Source: Clostridiales bacterium
GTDB taxonomy: Bacteria > Bacillota > Clostridia > Christensenellales > UBA1242
Assembly: GCA_015069325.1 (NCBI GenBank)
Contig: SVIV01000003.1
Span: 11,671-75,670, forward strand
Reading direction: 5' to 3'
Length of the DNA stretch: 64,000 nucleotides
Made by a program: the position numbers and the translations under genes. Position 1 is the first letter of the stretch. The number at the start of each line of letters is the position of its first letter. The notes under the pieces are model-generated. The model saw only the letters and a list, made by a program, of their open reading frames with translations. It was not told the DNA's origin and ran no database searches. Shown here piece after piece: positions 19,880-29,169 of this stretch.

Positions 19880-19916
19880 AAATAAAAGACATTCTAATAT
19901 TTACAGAATGTCTTAA
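19880..19916 (-). terminator. Rho-independent terminator after gene 2 of the cassette
   Basis: AAGACATTCT (19886-19895) pairs perfectly with AGAATGTCTT (19905-19914). On the minus strand it is followed by TTTTATTTT. Confidence 0.65.
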
Positions 19917-19920
19917 TTTA

Positions 19921-20688
19921 CTATTTACTTAATGTATCTTCATCTTCTTGTTTTGTGTTATCGAACATATTCACAATAAAATTAGCACAATTTTTAATGC
20001 TTTTATCGCTTGGTTTTGGGTCGTTATATGTTCTCTCTGGGATTTGTGTTGGTTGCAATCTATATTGACCACTTTCATCGTCAAACTCACAAATTTGTTC
20101 TTTACTCCAAAAGCCTAATCTTGGGTGTGTCATATAACGATATTTCACACTTGTTATATGATTATTTTCATCAAACGAAAACTCTGCATAAGTTCCGTCT
20201 CCCCACAATGGGATTTCATCATAATTTGCTTTACACTCATCTCGTAATACAACCACATCATCACCAAAAGCAAATATACAATCGTTTCTATGGGTTTCTG
20301 CATTTTGATTTCTTCTACCATAATACATAACCGGTTTTTTCTCTTGTTCGTCTTGCATTACTGTTACACCACGATAATTGTAATAATTCCAACCGTCCTT
20401 TTTTGCATAAAAAGCCGCATGTGGTTTGTCTTTTATAGGAAAATATTTAATGTCTGGTTGTTCTGTAAAGAAATCTCTTAAAGTAACATCTATTCCACTT
20501 AAATTACATTCTACACCATATTCTTTTGCATGTTTTGCAAATTCAGCCATTGCAATTAGTTTTTGATATATATCTTCATAGTTTCCACCATTACTTATTA
20601 AAGCATTTTCTACAAAATCTACAATTGTGCGAATTTTTTTCTTTTGTGGCGTATATGGTTTAACATAACTATCACCTTTGACTATCAA
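19921..20688 (-). CDS. Hypothetical protein (ORFan cassette, gene 2); start uncertain
   Basis: 255-aa ORF that opens only with TTG and has no SD. See the finding on the in-frame stop and leader ORF. Confidence 0.5.
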   Translation of the reverse strand: MIVKGDSYVKPYTPQKKKIRTIVDFVENALISNGGNYEDIYQKLIAMAEFAKHAKEYGVECNLSGIDVTLRDFFTEQPDIKYFPIKDKPHAAFYAKKDGWNYYNYRGVTVMQDEQEKKPVMYYGRRNQNAETHRNDCIFAFGDDVVVLRDECKANYDEIPLWGDGTYAEFSFDENNHITSVKYRYMTHPRLGFWSKEQICEFDDESGQYRLQPTQIPERTYNDPKPSDKSIKNCANFIVNMFDNTKQEDEDTLSK

Positions 20689-20757
20689 AGATGTATTTTT
20701 ACTTTTTTGTTGTCTATTTCTAAAAAATCCAATATTCCCATATATTAGTAATCCCTT

Positions 20758-21369
20758 TTATTTACTAAGTATATTTTCTTCTGCTGATGTTGGAACAACT
20801 TCGTCTTGAATAAATTGTTGATGTAATTTTTGAACTCCATAGAAATCAACTAAGTCATTATTTGATGTAGGAATTTCGCCCTTAATCAATGCTTGATAAG
20901 CGACATTTACAGCATTACTTTCAAATATGTCAAAATTCCAAAAATCTCTTGAAACATCTTTGCCATTTATATTTACAATTAAAGGTAAAAATGTATTTTT
21001 AAACATTCTATCATTAGTTGGAATCCCTCTTGAATGTGAATGTCTTGATGTTGGTAAAGAAATTATAATTTCTTCCGTCTCCTTCGACAACTTTTTCATT
21101 TCTTGAACAATATCGTTTTCTCCTGTGGCTTGTTTAGTTAAATATTCAATCGTCTTTTCGCCAGTAGGATCTAATGCTGAATATGCTTCAAATAATTTAA
21201 AGCGAGTTAATCTGACATCGGTCAAAACCTTTTTCTCTCCCCATTTATTGTTATCGCTAAAAACTTCCTGCACAAACGTCAACACCAAATCTTTCTTTAT
21301 TGTTTCAACTGACACAAGTAAGTTTTCAATATCTCCATTAGCATTCCTTTTTTTCAAGATTTTCTTCAT
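20758..21369 (-). CDS. Hypothetical protein (ORFan cassette, gene 1)
   Basis: 203-aa ORF with no motifs recognised. Confidence 0.55.
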   Translation of the reverse strand: MKKILKKRNANGDIENLLVSVETIKKDLVLTFVQEVFSDNNKWGEKKVLTDVRLTRFKLFEAYSALDPTGEKTIEYLTKQATGENDIVQEMKKLSKETEEIIISLPTSRHSHSRGIPTNDRMFKNTFLPLIVNINGKDVSRDFWNFDIFESNAVNVAYQALIKGEIPTSNNDLVDFYGVQKLHQQFIQDEVVPTSAEENILSK

Positions 21370-21612
21370 CCTACTCTTCTCCTTACATTCTACAAATAAA
21401 TTATATCATATATATTAAACGTTTGCAATATGCAAATAACAAAACAATGTTTCATCAAAAACAATTCATATTTTTTCATTAATTAACAAAAAATGCACTA
21501 TTTTTTAAATAATATCAAATTTTTATGCTATTTTTTGAAAAATATCCTTAAAAACGCTTAATTTTTATATTGTTTTATGTTATATTATATATTGAAAAAA
21601 AGGATTAGACTT

Positions 21613-22437
21613 ATGGGAAAAATAATTGCATTTGCCAACCAAAAAGGTGGCGTAGGAAAAACAACAACTTGTATTAATCTTGCAGCTTATGTCGCAGCTA
21701 TGGGCAAAAAGGTTTTAGTTTTAGACCTTGACCCACAGGGCAACGCAACAAGTGGCCTTGGAATCGACAAGAGCAGTGAATTAAAAACAATCTATGATCT
21801 TATATCAGGCGACAGCCAAGTAGAAGAAGTAATTCTTCCTACAATAGTTGAAGGGCTTGATGTTATACCTTCTACAGTAGATTTATCTGGTGCTGAGATT
21901 GAAATTGTTCAAATGCCTCAAAGGGAAAAAATCATTAAGGGAATATTAGAGCCTATTGTGGATTGTTATGATTTCATAATGATTGACTGTCCGCCACAAC
22001 TTTCGTTAATTACAGTCAACGCATTAACAGCCTGCAATAGTGTCATCATACCGCTTCAATGTGAATACTTTCCGCTTATGGGTATCACACAGCTTATGAA
22101 CACCATTAGGCTTATTAAATATCATTTAAACCCAACAATCGATATTGAGGGCGTTGTAATGACAATGAAAGACAAGCGTTCAAATCTCACAAACCAAGTA
22201 AGTGATGAAATTGTGAAGTTCTTTGGTAAAAAAGTATTCCTTACATACATTCCAAGAAACATTCGTTTAGCAGAGGCTCCAAGTCATGGAGAGCCTATTC
22301 TTTTGTATGATTCGTCATCAAAAGGAGCTGAAGCATACCTGTCGCTTGCAGAAGAATTTTTAGACAGGAACAAAGTCGAATATAAACCACTTACTAAAGA
22401 CACAAAAATAAAATTAAGGAAGGTGAATAATGGATAA
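21613..22437 (+). CDS. parA: Chromosome partitioning ATPase ParA/Soj
   Basis: Deviant Walker A in MGKIIAFANQKGGVGKTTT, plus VLDLDPQGNAT. Start moved to MGK. Confidence 0.92.
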   Translation: MGKIIAFANQKGGVGKTTTCINLAAYVAAMGKKVLVLDLDPQGNATSGLGIDKSSELKTIYDLISGDSQVEEVILPTIVEGLDVIPSTVDLSGAEIEIVQMPQREKIIKGILEPIVDCYDFIMIDCPPQLSLITVNALTACNSVIIPLQCEYFPLMGITQLMNTIRLIKYHLNPTIDIEGVVMTMKDKRSNLTNQVSDEIVKFFGKKVFLTYIPRNIRLAEAPSHGEPILLYDSSSKGAEAYLSLAEEFLDRNKVEYKPLTKDTKIKLRKVNNG

Positions 22438-23404
22438 AAAGAAAGGATTAGGCAGAGGACTCGAATCTCTTTTCGCAGTATATGAAGATATTGATAATGA
22501 AAACATAACCAAACAAAAACTAAAAACTGAAGAAGATAAAAGGCAAACAGCAGCAACAAAAGATGGCGTAACTGAACTTGATATAAATAAAATTTACCCA
22601 AACCCAAATCAGCCAAGAAAACACTTTGATGAAGAAGCGTTGCAGGAACTCGCTAGCTCCATCAAGCTTCACGGAGTAATCCAACCACTCGTTGTAAATA
22701 AGGCTGAAGATGGCAACTATATGATTATTGCGGGTGAAAGAAGATGGAGAGCATCTAATCTTGCCGGCTTAGAAAAGGTTCCTGTAGTAATCAAAAACTA
22801 TACCGAAAAACAGGTCAAAGAAATTGCTATTATCGAAAACTTACAGAGAGAAGACTTAAACCCAATCGAAGCTGCAAGAGCAATCAAGCAACTTATGGAA
22901 GAATACAACCTTACGCAAGAAGTTGTATCTGATAGAATAGGGAAAAGTCGTTCAAGCGTAGCAAACACTTTGAGACTTTTATCACTTTATCCAGATGTTA
23001 TTACAATGATTGAAAACGGAAGGTTATCAAGCGGACACGCAAGAAGCCTTGTAGTAATTGACGATACAACCCAACAAATAAAACTTGCAAAACAAGCGGC
23101 CGACGGAAAAATGTCAGTGCGCGACCTTGAAAAAGCGGTAAAAAACTACCTTAACCCCACAAAAACCGCCAGCGCAAAACCGCAAGAACAATCTTTAGAG
23201 TTAAAAGAACTTATCAATGAAATGCAAAGAGTATTCTCGACAAAAGTTTCAGCTATTGGAAATGACAACAAAGGCAGAATATATATCGACTATTATTCTA
23301 GGGAAGATTTAGATAGATTATCAGATATGATTGACCTTATTAAGAAAAAAGAGCTTACTTTAGCAGATCTTAGAAATTACAACAAACGTCATAAAGAAAA
23401 CTAA
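22430..23404 (+). CDS. parB: Chromosome partitioning protein ParB/Spo0J
   Basis: GLGRGLESLF, the ParB box IAGERRWRAS, and the HTH LTQEVVSDRIGKSRSSVANTLRLL. Overlaps the parA stop by 8 nt. Confidence 0.92.
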   Translation: MDKKKGLGRGLESLFAVYEDIDNENITKQKLKTEEDKRQTAATKDGVTELDINKIYPNPNQPRKHFDEEALQELASSIKLHGVIQPLVVNKAEDGNYMIIAGERRWRASNLAGLEKVPVVIKNYTEKQVKEIAIIENLQREDLNPIEAARAIKQLMEEYNLTQEVVSDRIGKSRSSVANTLRLLSLYPDVITMIENGRLSSGHARSLVVIDDTTQQIKLAKQAADGKMSVRDLEKAVKNYLNPTKTASAKPQEQSLELKELINEMQRVFSTKVSAIGNDNKGRIYIDYYSREDLDRLSDMIDLIKKKELTLADLRNYNKRHKEN

Positions 23405-23410
23405 AAATAA

Positions 23411-23440
23411 AAAACTCTGCAGCTAGCAGAGCTTTTTATT
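23411..23440 (+). terminator. Terminator after parB
   Basis: CTCTGC (23415-23420) pairs with GCAGAG (23426-23431), followed by a CTTTTTATTTT tail. Confidence 0.55.
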
Positions 23441-23672
23441 TTGCATTTTTATATAGCACTTATTACTTTTTTTTAATCCTTTCAATAAAGGTATACTCAT
23501 TTGAAAAACGACCATTTTCTGCGTCAAAACGCCACAAAACAGGCTCGCTTTGACAAGCAAAGACTTCTTAATTCTATTTTTTATCTCTTTCCTATACTTA
23601 TAAATATGCTTTTTATTTTTATGTGCGATTCAAAACTTCTTTATGGCAATTATCACAATCCCGACTCTAGAA

Positions 23673-23688
23673 TGTTTCACGTGAAACA
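23673..23688. promoter_or_regulatory. parS site 1 (perfect 16-bp palindrome)
   Basis: TGTTTCACGTGAAACA matches the Bacillus-type consensus TGTTNCACGTGAAACA. Confidence 0.85.
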
Positions 23689-23724
23689 TTTTAATGAAAA
23701 AAATCTATACAAAAAACAAAAGAA

Positions 23725-23740
23725 TGTTTCACGTGAAACA
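23725..23740. promoter_or_regulatory. parS site 2
   Basis: TGTTTCACGTGAAACA, with the same TTTTA 3' flank as site 1. Confidence 0.85.
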
Positions 23741-23809
23741 TTTTAAGCATAAAAACGGCTTAATATGGCCCACTTTTAAGCTAGCATACTGCAAAAACGC
23801 TATTATTTT

Positions 23810-23825
23810 TGTTTCACGTGAAACA
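23810..23825. promoter_or_regulatory. parS site 3
   Basis: TGTTTCACGTGAAACA, with the same TTTTA 3' flank. Confidence 0.85.
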
Positions 23826-24239
23826 TTTTAACATCTACAGATTTTAACAATACTTCTTTAGTTTGCAAGTTTTTTTGTTTTGCCGTCCTTTCTGCTCTAA
23901 CAAATATTACCCTTGTGGTTTAAAACCTGCATTAAAAATATTAAGAAAAATTTTGCAATCGCAATGAATCGTTATGCTTTACAATTTACAAACGTAGAAA
24001 TATCTTAAATTTCATCAATCTTAACTTATATGAAAAAGATTACACAAACAAACACTTAACTTAAATCAACTTATTGAGACAAAAAACAAAACACAACAAA
24101 ATTCGACGTTAATAGGCATAATACGAGTCAAAAATATTTTGTTTTGCTCTTGACATATCTTATAATATTCTTGTTTCCGAAACACATAAAAAGTTAACGA
24201 TATTTCTAAATAAACAAAATCAAAAGGAACTACTACACT

Positions 24240-24545
24240 ATGAAAAGCAACACTTTAAAAAATTTGGCTTTAAGAGCCAAGAATAGATTACTACATAAAA
24301 ATTTAAGAAAAGATTACTCAACCGCCGAGATCAAGATTATTGACACAAATGACAGTGAGTTTGTTTCAAAAGTCAAGGAAGTAATTTCAAACGAAGAGAC
24401 AGCTTACAGCCCATTAAAATATTTAATGGACGATTCTAAACTTTTATCTTTAGATGCCCAAGGAAAAGAAAGATATCTCCTTCAAACAATTCAAAAATAT
24501 AAACAAGCCCGGGAACAAATCGAACGCGAAAACAAAATTTGCTAG
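24240..24545 (+). CDS. Hypothetical small basic protein
   Basis: 101-aa ORF with AAAGGAA upstream. No motifs recognised. Confidence 0.5.
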   Translation: MKSNTLKNLALRAKNRLLHKNLRKDYSTAEIKIIDTNDSEFVSKVKEVISNEETAYSPLKYLMDDSKLLSLDAQGKERYLLQTIQKYKQAREQIERENKIC

Positions 24546-24838
24546 ATTATATAATTGTATTTAAGGTTATTATTGCATAACAATTCGCCTTGATTTGCAA
24601 TACAATTAGTATGTGAGTTTTTTAAACTTCGATGAACTAAATATAAAAATCTTTCACTCGAACACAGGTATACTATAATAATTACTAAAAGAAACTTTGC
24701 GCCAAAACCAAAACTTGATTACCAGGATATATATCTTCTTTTAATTTAAATTATAGTGCTAGCATTGCCAAGCCATTCTCTATGCCTTTCGCAATCAAAT
24801 AAAAAAATAAAAAAGATTATAACCTTAGTTACAATCTT

Positions 24839-26179
24839 TTACTTGCCTAAACAGAATTTGGAAAAAATCAAATCGATTATACTTTCATTCTCACTTTCTC
24901 CAGTAATTTTACCCAACCCATTCCATAATTGCTTAATAAGCATTGCAATGACATCCATGCTTTGTTGCTGACTTGCCAATATTGATTGAACAGTCAATTT
25001 GCATTCTTTTAAAATATCAATTTGTCTTGCGCTAATTATAATATCCTTATTAAAATCGATATCTTCATCAATAACCATTGTAAAAATCTTTTCTTTTAAG
25101 GATAAAATATTATCTTCTTTTAACGCACTAATGACAATTTCATCATTCGTTGAAGACAAAACTCTTGGCAGGTCGCTTTTATTAATGATTTTTATCACAT
25201 TTTTCTTGTTTTTTAATAAATTATCTATTTCTTGATCATATTTTTGCATTTGTCTGCTACCATCTAAAACAAACAAAACCACATCTGCACTGCTTATGCT
25301 GTTTTTGGATTTTTCTATACCTATTTTTTCTACAACATCTTCGCTATCTCTAATCCCTGCAGTATCAATAAAATTTAAACTTATCCCTTTATAACCAACA
25401 CTCTCAGTTAATACATCTCGAGTTGTGCCAGCTATATCCGTTACAATAGCTCTATCTACACCAATAAGCGCATTTAACAAGCTTGATTTGCCAACGTTTG
25501 GTGCTCCTACTATTGCGACATTTATACCATTGGTGATATATTTGGCATTTTGCGCTTGACAAATAAAATCGGATAAAACGTTATCTACATTTGTTATATT
25601 TTTAAATATTTCTTCTTTTGCAGATTTTTCAAAATCTTCTTCAGGATAATCTAAAGTGGCTTCAATTTGCGCTATACTTTCAGCCAATGATGATTGCAAC
25701 TCTTTTATTCTTTTTGCCAATTTGCCTTGTGCTAAATTTAACGAAGCCTTTAATTCTCCTTCGTTTTCTGCGTTAATTTCACCTATTATACTCTCTGCCA
25801 TATCAAGACTTATCTTGCCGTTTTCAAAAGCTCTTTTAGTAAACTCTCCCGCCCTGGCCAATCTTGCTCCGCATTCCAAAAGACGAGATAAAACTTTTTG
25901 AGTAAGCAATGTCCCCCCATGAATTTGAAATTCAACCAAATCTTCTCCTGTATACGAAAAAGGAGATTTAAAATATACAGCAAGGCACTTTTCTGTTGCA
26001 TCTTCACCTAAATCAAACTTACCAAAATACATAAATCTTGGCTGGATTTGATTATATGACAAAGACTTGGAAGAAAAAACTTCTTCCATTATTTTCAAAC
26101 TTTTATTTCCGCTTAACCTAACAATAGATACCGCACCTTTTCCTAATGGTGTAGATATCGCACAAATTGTATCTTCCAT
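24839..26179 (-). CDS. mnmE: tRNA modification GTPase MnmE (TrmE)
   Basis: The G1 motif GAPNVGKSSLLN, DTAGIR, NKSD, and the C-terminal FCLGK. Start moved to MEDTICAISTP. Confidence 0.93.
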   Translation of the reverse strand: MEDTICAISTPLGKGAVSIVRLSGNKSLKIMEEVFSSKSLSYNQIQPRFMYFGKFDLGEDATEKCLAVYFKSPFSYTGEDLVEFQIHGGTLLTQKVLSRLLECGARLARAGEFTKRAFENGKISLDMAESIIGEINAENEGELKASLNLAQGKLAKRIKELQSSLAESIAQIEATLDYPEEDFEKSAKEEIFKNITNVDNVLSDFICQAQNAKYITNGINVAIVGAPNVGKSSLLNALIGVDRAIVTDIAGTTRDVLTESVGYKGISLNFIDTAGIRDSEDVVEKIGIEKSKNSISSADVVLFVLDGSRQMQKYDQEIDNLLKNKKNVIKIINKSDLPRVLSSTNDEIVISALKEDNILSLKEKIFTMVIDEDIDFNKDIIISARQIDILKECKLTVQSILASQQQSMDVIAMLIKQLWNGLGKITGESENESIIDLIFSKFCLGK

Positions 26180-26263
26180 AAACTTATTATAACATATTTT
26201 TAATAAGAATTGCAATACTTTGCTATTGACTAATGCTTTTTTTGGTGATATAATTCTCTTACT

Positions 26264-26857
26264 ATGGCAAAAGAAGGCACAATTTTAAAACTAAAAAAAG
26301 TTTTTTCTATGGGGTATGTTCCATCTAGGGGAGCACAGTCCTACTCTTTTGTCAGCCAAATTTCAAAAGACTATTATTTTTTCCACGCAAATTGCTTTTC
26401 ACACGCTTGCTTAAACCTAACTAACGAACTTATCGATAGTGCCAACTTATCTTTTTATGACAGTTTAAATTTCTCATTAGGAAATATATTTTCTTCAACA
26501 GATGCAGAATATGAATTTACAAGCTTTTTGCAACAAATTGGCCTTACGACAAAGTTCGTGAATAATGATGATTTAATAAATGACTTTCCTTGTTTTTTAA
26601 ATGAGAATCAATGGATAGTAGCCTTGTATTTTTGTGAAAATAGCAACGATTTTCATTTCTTTTTACAAGAAAAAGATGGCTCTTGGTCAGGGAAATATAG
26701 TTACAAAAATATCGTTGAACATTTTGATGAATTACCTTGCTGTTATACTGCACCAAATGTTCAAAAGGATAAATATTATTTTATAAACAAATATTTAATT
26801 ACAAACCCACATGCAAAAACCAGCAACAAGGAAGAAAATGAATATGCGAATTGTTAA
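26264..26857 (+). CDS. Hypothetical protein, paralogue A (conserved Cys...His pair)
   Basis: 197 aa. Shares TILKLK..F..GYV.SRG, NC..HAC.NLTNE, W..ALYF, (D)(F/Y)HF.LQEKD..WS.K and NPH.K blocks with the next ORF. Confidence 0.6.
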   Translation: MAKEGTILKLKKVFSMGYVPSRGAQSYSFVSQISKDYYFFHANCFSHACLNLTNELIDSANLSFYDSLNFSLGNIFSSTDAEYEFTSFLQQIGLTTKFVNNDDLINDFPCFLNENQWIVALYFCENSNDFHFFLQEKDGSWSGKYSYKNIVEHFDELPCCYTAPNVQKDKYYFINKYLITNPHAKTSNKEENEYANC

Positions 26858-27428
26858 TCCACACACAATACTTAAACTTAAAACAATCTTTAAATTAGGC
26901 TATGTGGCAAGCAGGGGGAGAGAAGCATATAAACTTGTCGAAAACAACACAACAAAAAACTATGCTTATCTCACAAACTGTTTAGGACACGCCTGTTTTA
27001 ATCTTACAAACGAACAATTGAAAAACTTTGATGAAAGCGACGCTTCAACTTTTGGCAATTTTATTCAATCGATTTTTCATGCAAATAAATACATCGCAAA
27101 AGATATTTTCAAGTTTGTGAAAGAATGCGGATTGAAAGTGTCGCCATCAACAAAATTAAGCAACGTCAAAGATAACGAATGGAAAATAGCCTTATATTTC
27201 GGCTGGTATGGAAATCGCAAAGACTATCACTTTCTCTTACAAGAAAAGGACGAAACTTGGTCAAGCAAATGGGGAACAACTAGCGAACTTTATTTTATTG
27301 ATACACCAACAAAAAAACTTAGTCATAACGGATATAATTATAACTTGTATGGTTTTTACAAAATCTCAAATCCGCATACAAAGAAAATCAAAAACAAACA
27401 ACCTGTAGAAAAAGAAATGTCAAGGTAA
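26838..27428 (+). CDS. Hypothetical protein, paralogue B
   Basis: Start set at ATG 26838 (AAGGAAG SD; N-terminus aligns with paralogue A). Overlaps the end of A by 20 nt. Confidence 0.6.
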   Translation: MNMRIVNPHTILKLKTIFKLGYVASRGREAYKLVENNTTKNYAYLTNCLGHACFNLTNEQLKNFDESDASTFGNFIQSIFHANKYIAKDIFKFVKECGLKVSPSTKLSNVKDNEWKIALYFGWYGNRKDYHFLLQEKDETWSSKWGTTSELYFIDTPTKKLSHNGYNYNLYGFYKISNPHTKKIKNKQPVEKEMSR

Positions 27429-27512
27429 ACACGTCATTTCTTTTTTTTAATAAATGAATATTATTTGACAAGCAACTGCAAAATAATTATCATAATAAAA
27501 AAGGAGAATTAT

Positions 27513-28232
27513 ATGAATCCAAAAATTTGGGGTTGGCAACACATTGTTTATATGGCAGTTGTCATTACATTAGCAATCACAGGATTGATTTTAGCTAAAA
27601 AATTTGCGAAGAGCGAAAGGTCTCAAAAAATTATAATGAAATGTTTGGGCGGGGCATTATTAATTGCAATAATTTCCAACAGGATTTCAATTGTCTTTAA
27701 AACAAATCCACCTGATTGGACCTGGCTTGTTCCGGATAGTTTTTGTGGAATGAGCAGTTTAATACTTTCGTTATCACTGCTAATTGGAAAACGAAATAAT
27801 GATGCATTACATTTTGTTTGGTTGATTGCTTTTGTTGGGGGATTCATCACATTCGCATATCCTGATTTCCTTGGTCAAAACCCATCATTTTTCTATATTC
27901 CTACTATTACAGGCTTACTTCACCACACACTATCTTGGATTATTGTTGTAACAATGATTATGTTTGATTATTTGCATATTACTTACAAAAAATGGTATTG
28001 CACTCTTTGGGGATTTACTGGCTATCTGTCGGCTGGGGCTTTCATCATTTCAGTTCTTGGACACGGCGACGCTTTCAGCATCTTTAACCCTGTTTTAAGT
28101 GGCACGCCTTTCACATTTTGGGTTATTGCACCAATTTATATAACAGTTTATGCAATCATTCTTTTAATATGTTTCTTAATAGATAAACACAAGATTAAGA
28201 AACAGTCCGCAAAAACTAAAGCAACAAAATAA
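27513..28232 (+). CDS. Polytopic membrane protein (about 7 TM), unknown function
   Basis: Start moved to MNPKIWGW after AAAGGAG. Hydrophobic throughout, with a basic C-terminal tail. Confidence 0.65.
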   Translation: MNPKIWGWQHIVYMAVVITLAITGLILAKKFAKSERSQKIIMKCLGGALLIAIISNRISIVFKTNPPDWTWLVPDSFCGMSSLILSLSLLIGKRNNDALHFVWLIAFVGGFITFAYPDFLGQNPSFFYIPTITGLLHHTLSWIIVVTMIMFDYLHITYKKWYCTLWGFTGYLSAGAFIISVLGHGDAFSIFNPVLSGTPFTFWVIAPIYITVYAIILLICFLIDKHKIKKQSAKTKATK

Positions 28233-28253
28233 TATTTCATTTTTTGAAAAATA

Positions 28254-28282
28254 AAAAAGCTAGAATATTTCTAGCTTTTATT
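28254..28282. terminator. Bidirectional terminator between convergent genes
   Basis: AGCTAGAA / TTCTAGCT stem flanked by an A-run and a T-run. Confidence 0.6.
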
Positions 28283-28283
28283 T

Positions 28284-29072
28284 TTATTCTGCATCTGTAG
28301 GAAAAATCATAACATATCTTTTTGGTTCTTCACCTTTAGATAATGTGCTCACTCGTCCATCTTCTTGAAGAGCAGTATGAATAATTCTTCTATCTGCAGG
28401 ATTCATTGGATCAAGTCTTGCATATCTTCCAGTTTTTGCAACCTTATCTGCAGTGCGTTTTGCCAAGTTTGTCAGAGCTTCGATTCTCTTTTCTCTAAAT
28501 CCACCGATATCTAAAAGGACTCTCTTTCCTTTCTTTCCAGAAAGTGTGCTTAAAATTTTGCTAAGTGCATAATACCCTTCTCCACGATGTCCGATTAAAT
28601 CTCCCAGATTTTCCCCGTTGATTGTATAGTTTTTATATTTTTCATCTTCAGAAAATTCAATTGTGCAATTTTCTTTTCCCACAACCTTTAAAAACCCTTC
28701 TAAAAATTCTTTGATATCAACAGCATTTTCGCACTCTTCAACTTCTTCGCAACTACATTCATCTTCTGTGCAAGTTTCTTCTTTGTCTTCGCAGACTTTT
28801 TCTGTGCAAGGTGTTTGAATTTTTTCTTCAACCTTTTCTTCTGTTTTTATTTCTGGCTTTAATTCTTGTTCAACTTCAATTTTCTTTTCTGCTTTCTTTT
28901 CATATTTTTCTCTGCAATCTTCAGAAATTGAAACTAAAACTTTCGCCTTTTTAAACAAGCCACCTTCATTTAAGATTTTAATATCTACGTCTTCTCTTGG
29001 CGCTTTGAGTTCAAACAACGCATTTTCAATCGCTTGTTCTATGTTTTTTCCTATTCCTTCTACTGACAACAT
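28284..29072 (-). CDS. jag: RNA-binding protein Jag/KhpB (Jag_N, KH, R3H)
   Basis: The N-terminal GKNIEQAIENALFEL and the C-terminal R3H motif LDPMNPADRRIIHTALQ. Conserved position after yidC. Has an acidic, Cys-containing central linker. Confidence 0.88.
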   Translation of the reverse strand: MLSVEGIGKNIEQAIENALFELKAPREDVDIKILNEGGLFKKAKVLVSISEDCREKYEKKAEKKIEVEQELKPEIKTEEKVEEKIQTPCTEKVCEDKEETCTEDECSCEEVEECENAVDIKEFLEGFLKVVGKENCTIEFSEDEKYKNYTINGENLGDLIGHRGEGYYALSKILSTLSGKKGKRVLLDIGGFREKRIEALTNLAKRTADKVAKTGRYARLDPMNPADRRIIHTALQEDGRVSTLSKGEEPKRYVMIFPTDAE

Positions 29073-29169
29073 AAGTCTCTCCCTAAGGTGCCTAAATGCA
29101 CCGTCTTTTATTTATTTTATTTGCAAGTTTCTTCCGCACGCGTTAGTAACGTCAGGCGACATCTAGTCG

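Noticed and set aside
20758-20760. In-frame TAA as evidence for an alternative genetic code or stop-codon reassignment
   Set aside because: TAA, TAG and TGA all terminate well-conserved full-length genes here (proS TAA, pflB and the giant gene TAG, the TSCPD and SDR genes TGA). The standard bacterial code fits.
23501-23746. 81-aa ORF downstream of parB
   Set aside because: It runs through two of the parS palindromes. It has no SD and a low-complexity composition. The region is better explained as a centromere spacer.
24150-24175. TTGACA ... TATAAT promoter-like hexamers upstream of the 24240 ORF
   Set aside because: The hexamers are only about 6 bp apart, which is incompatible with a sigma-A promoter. 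No alternative -10 lies at 17±1 bp.
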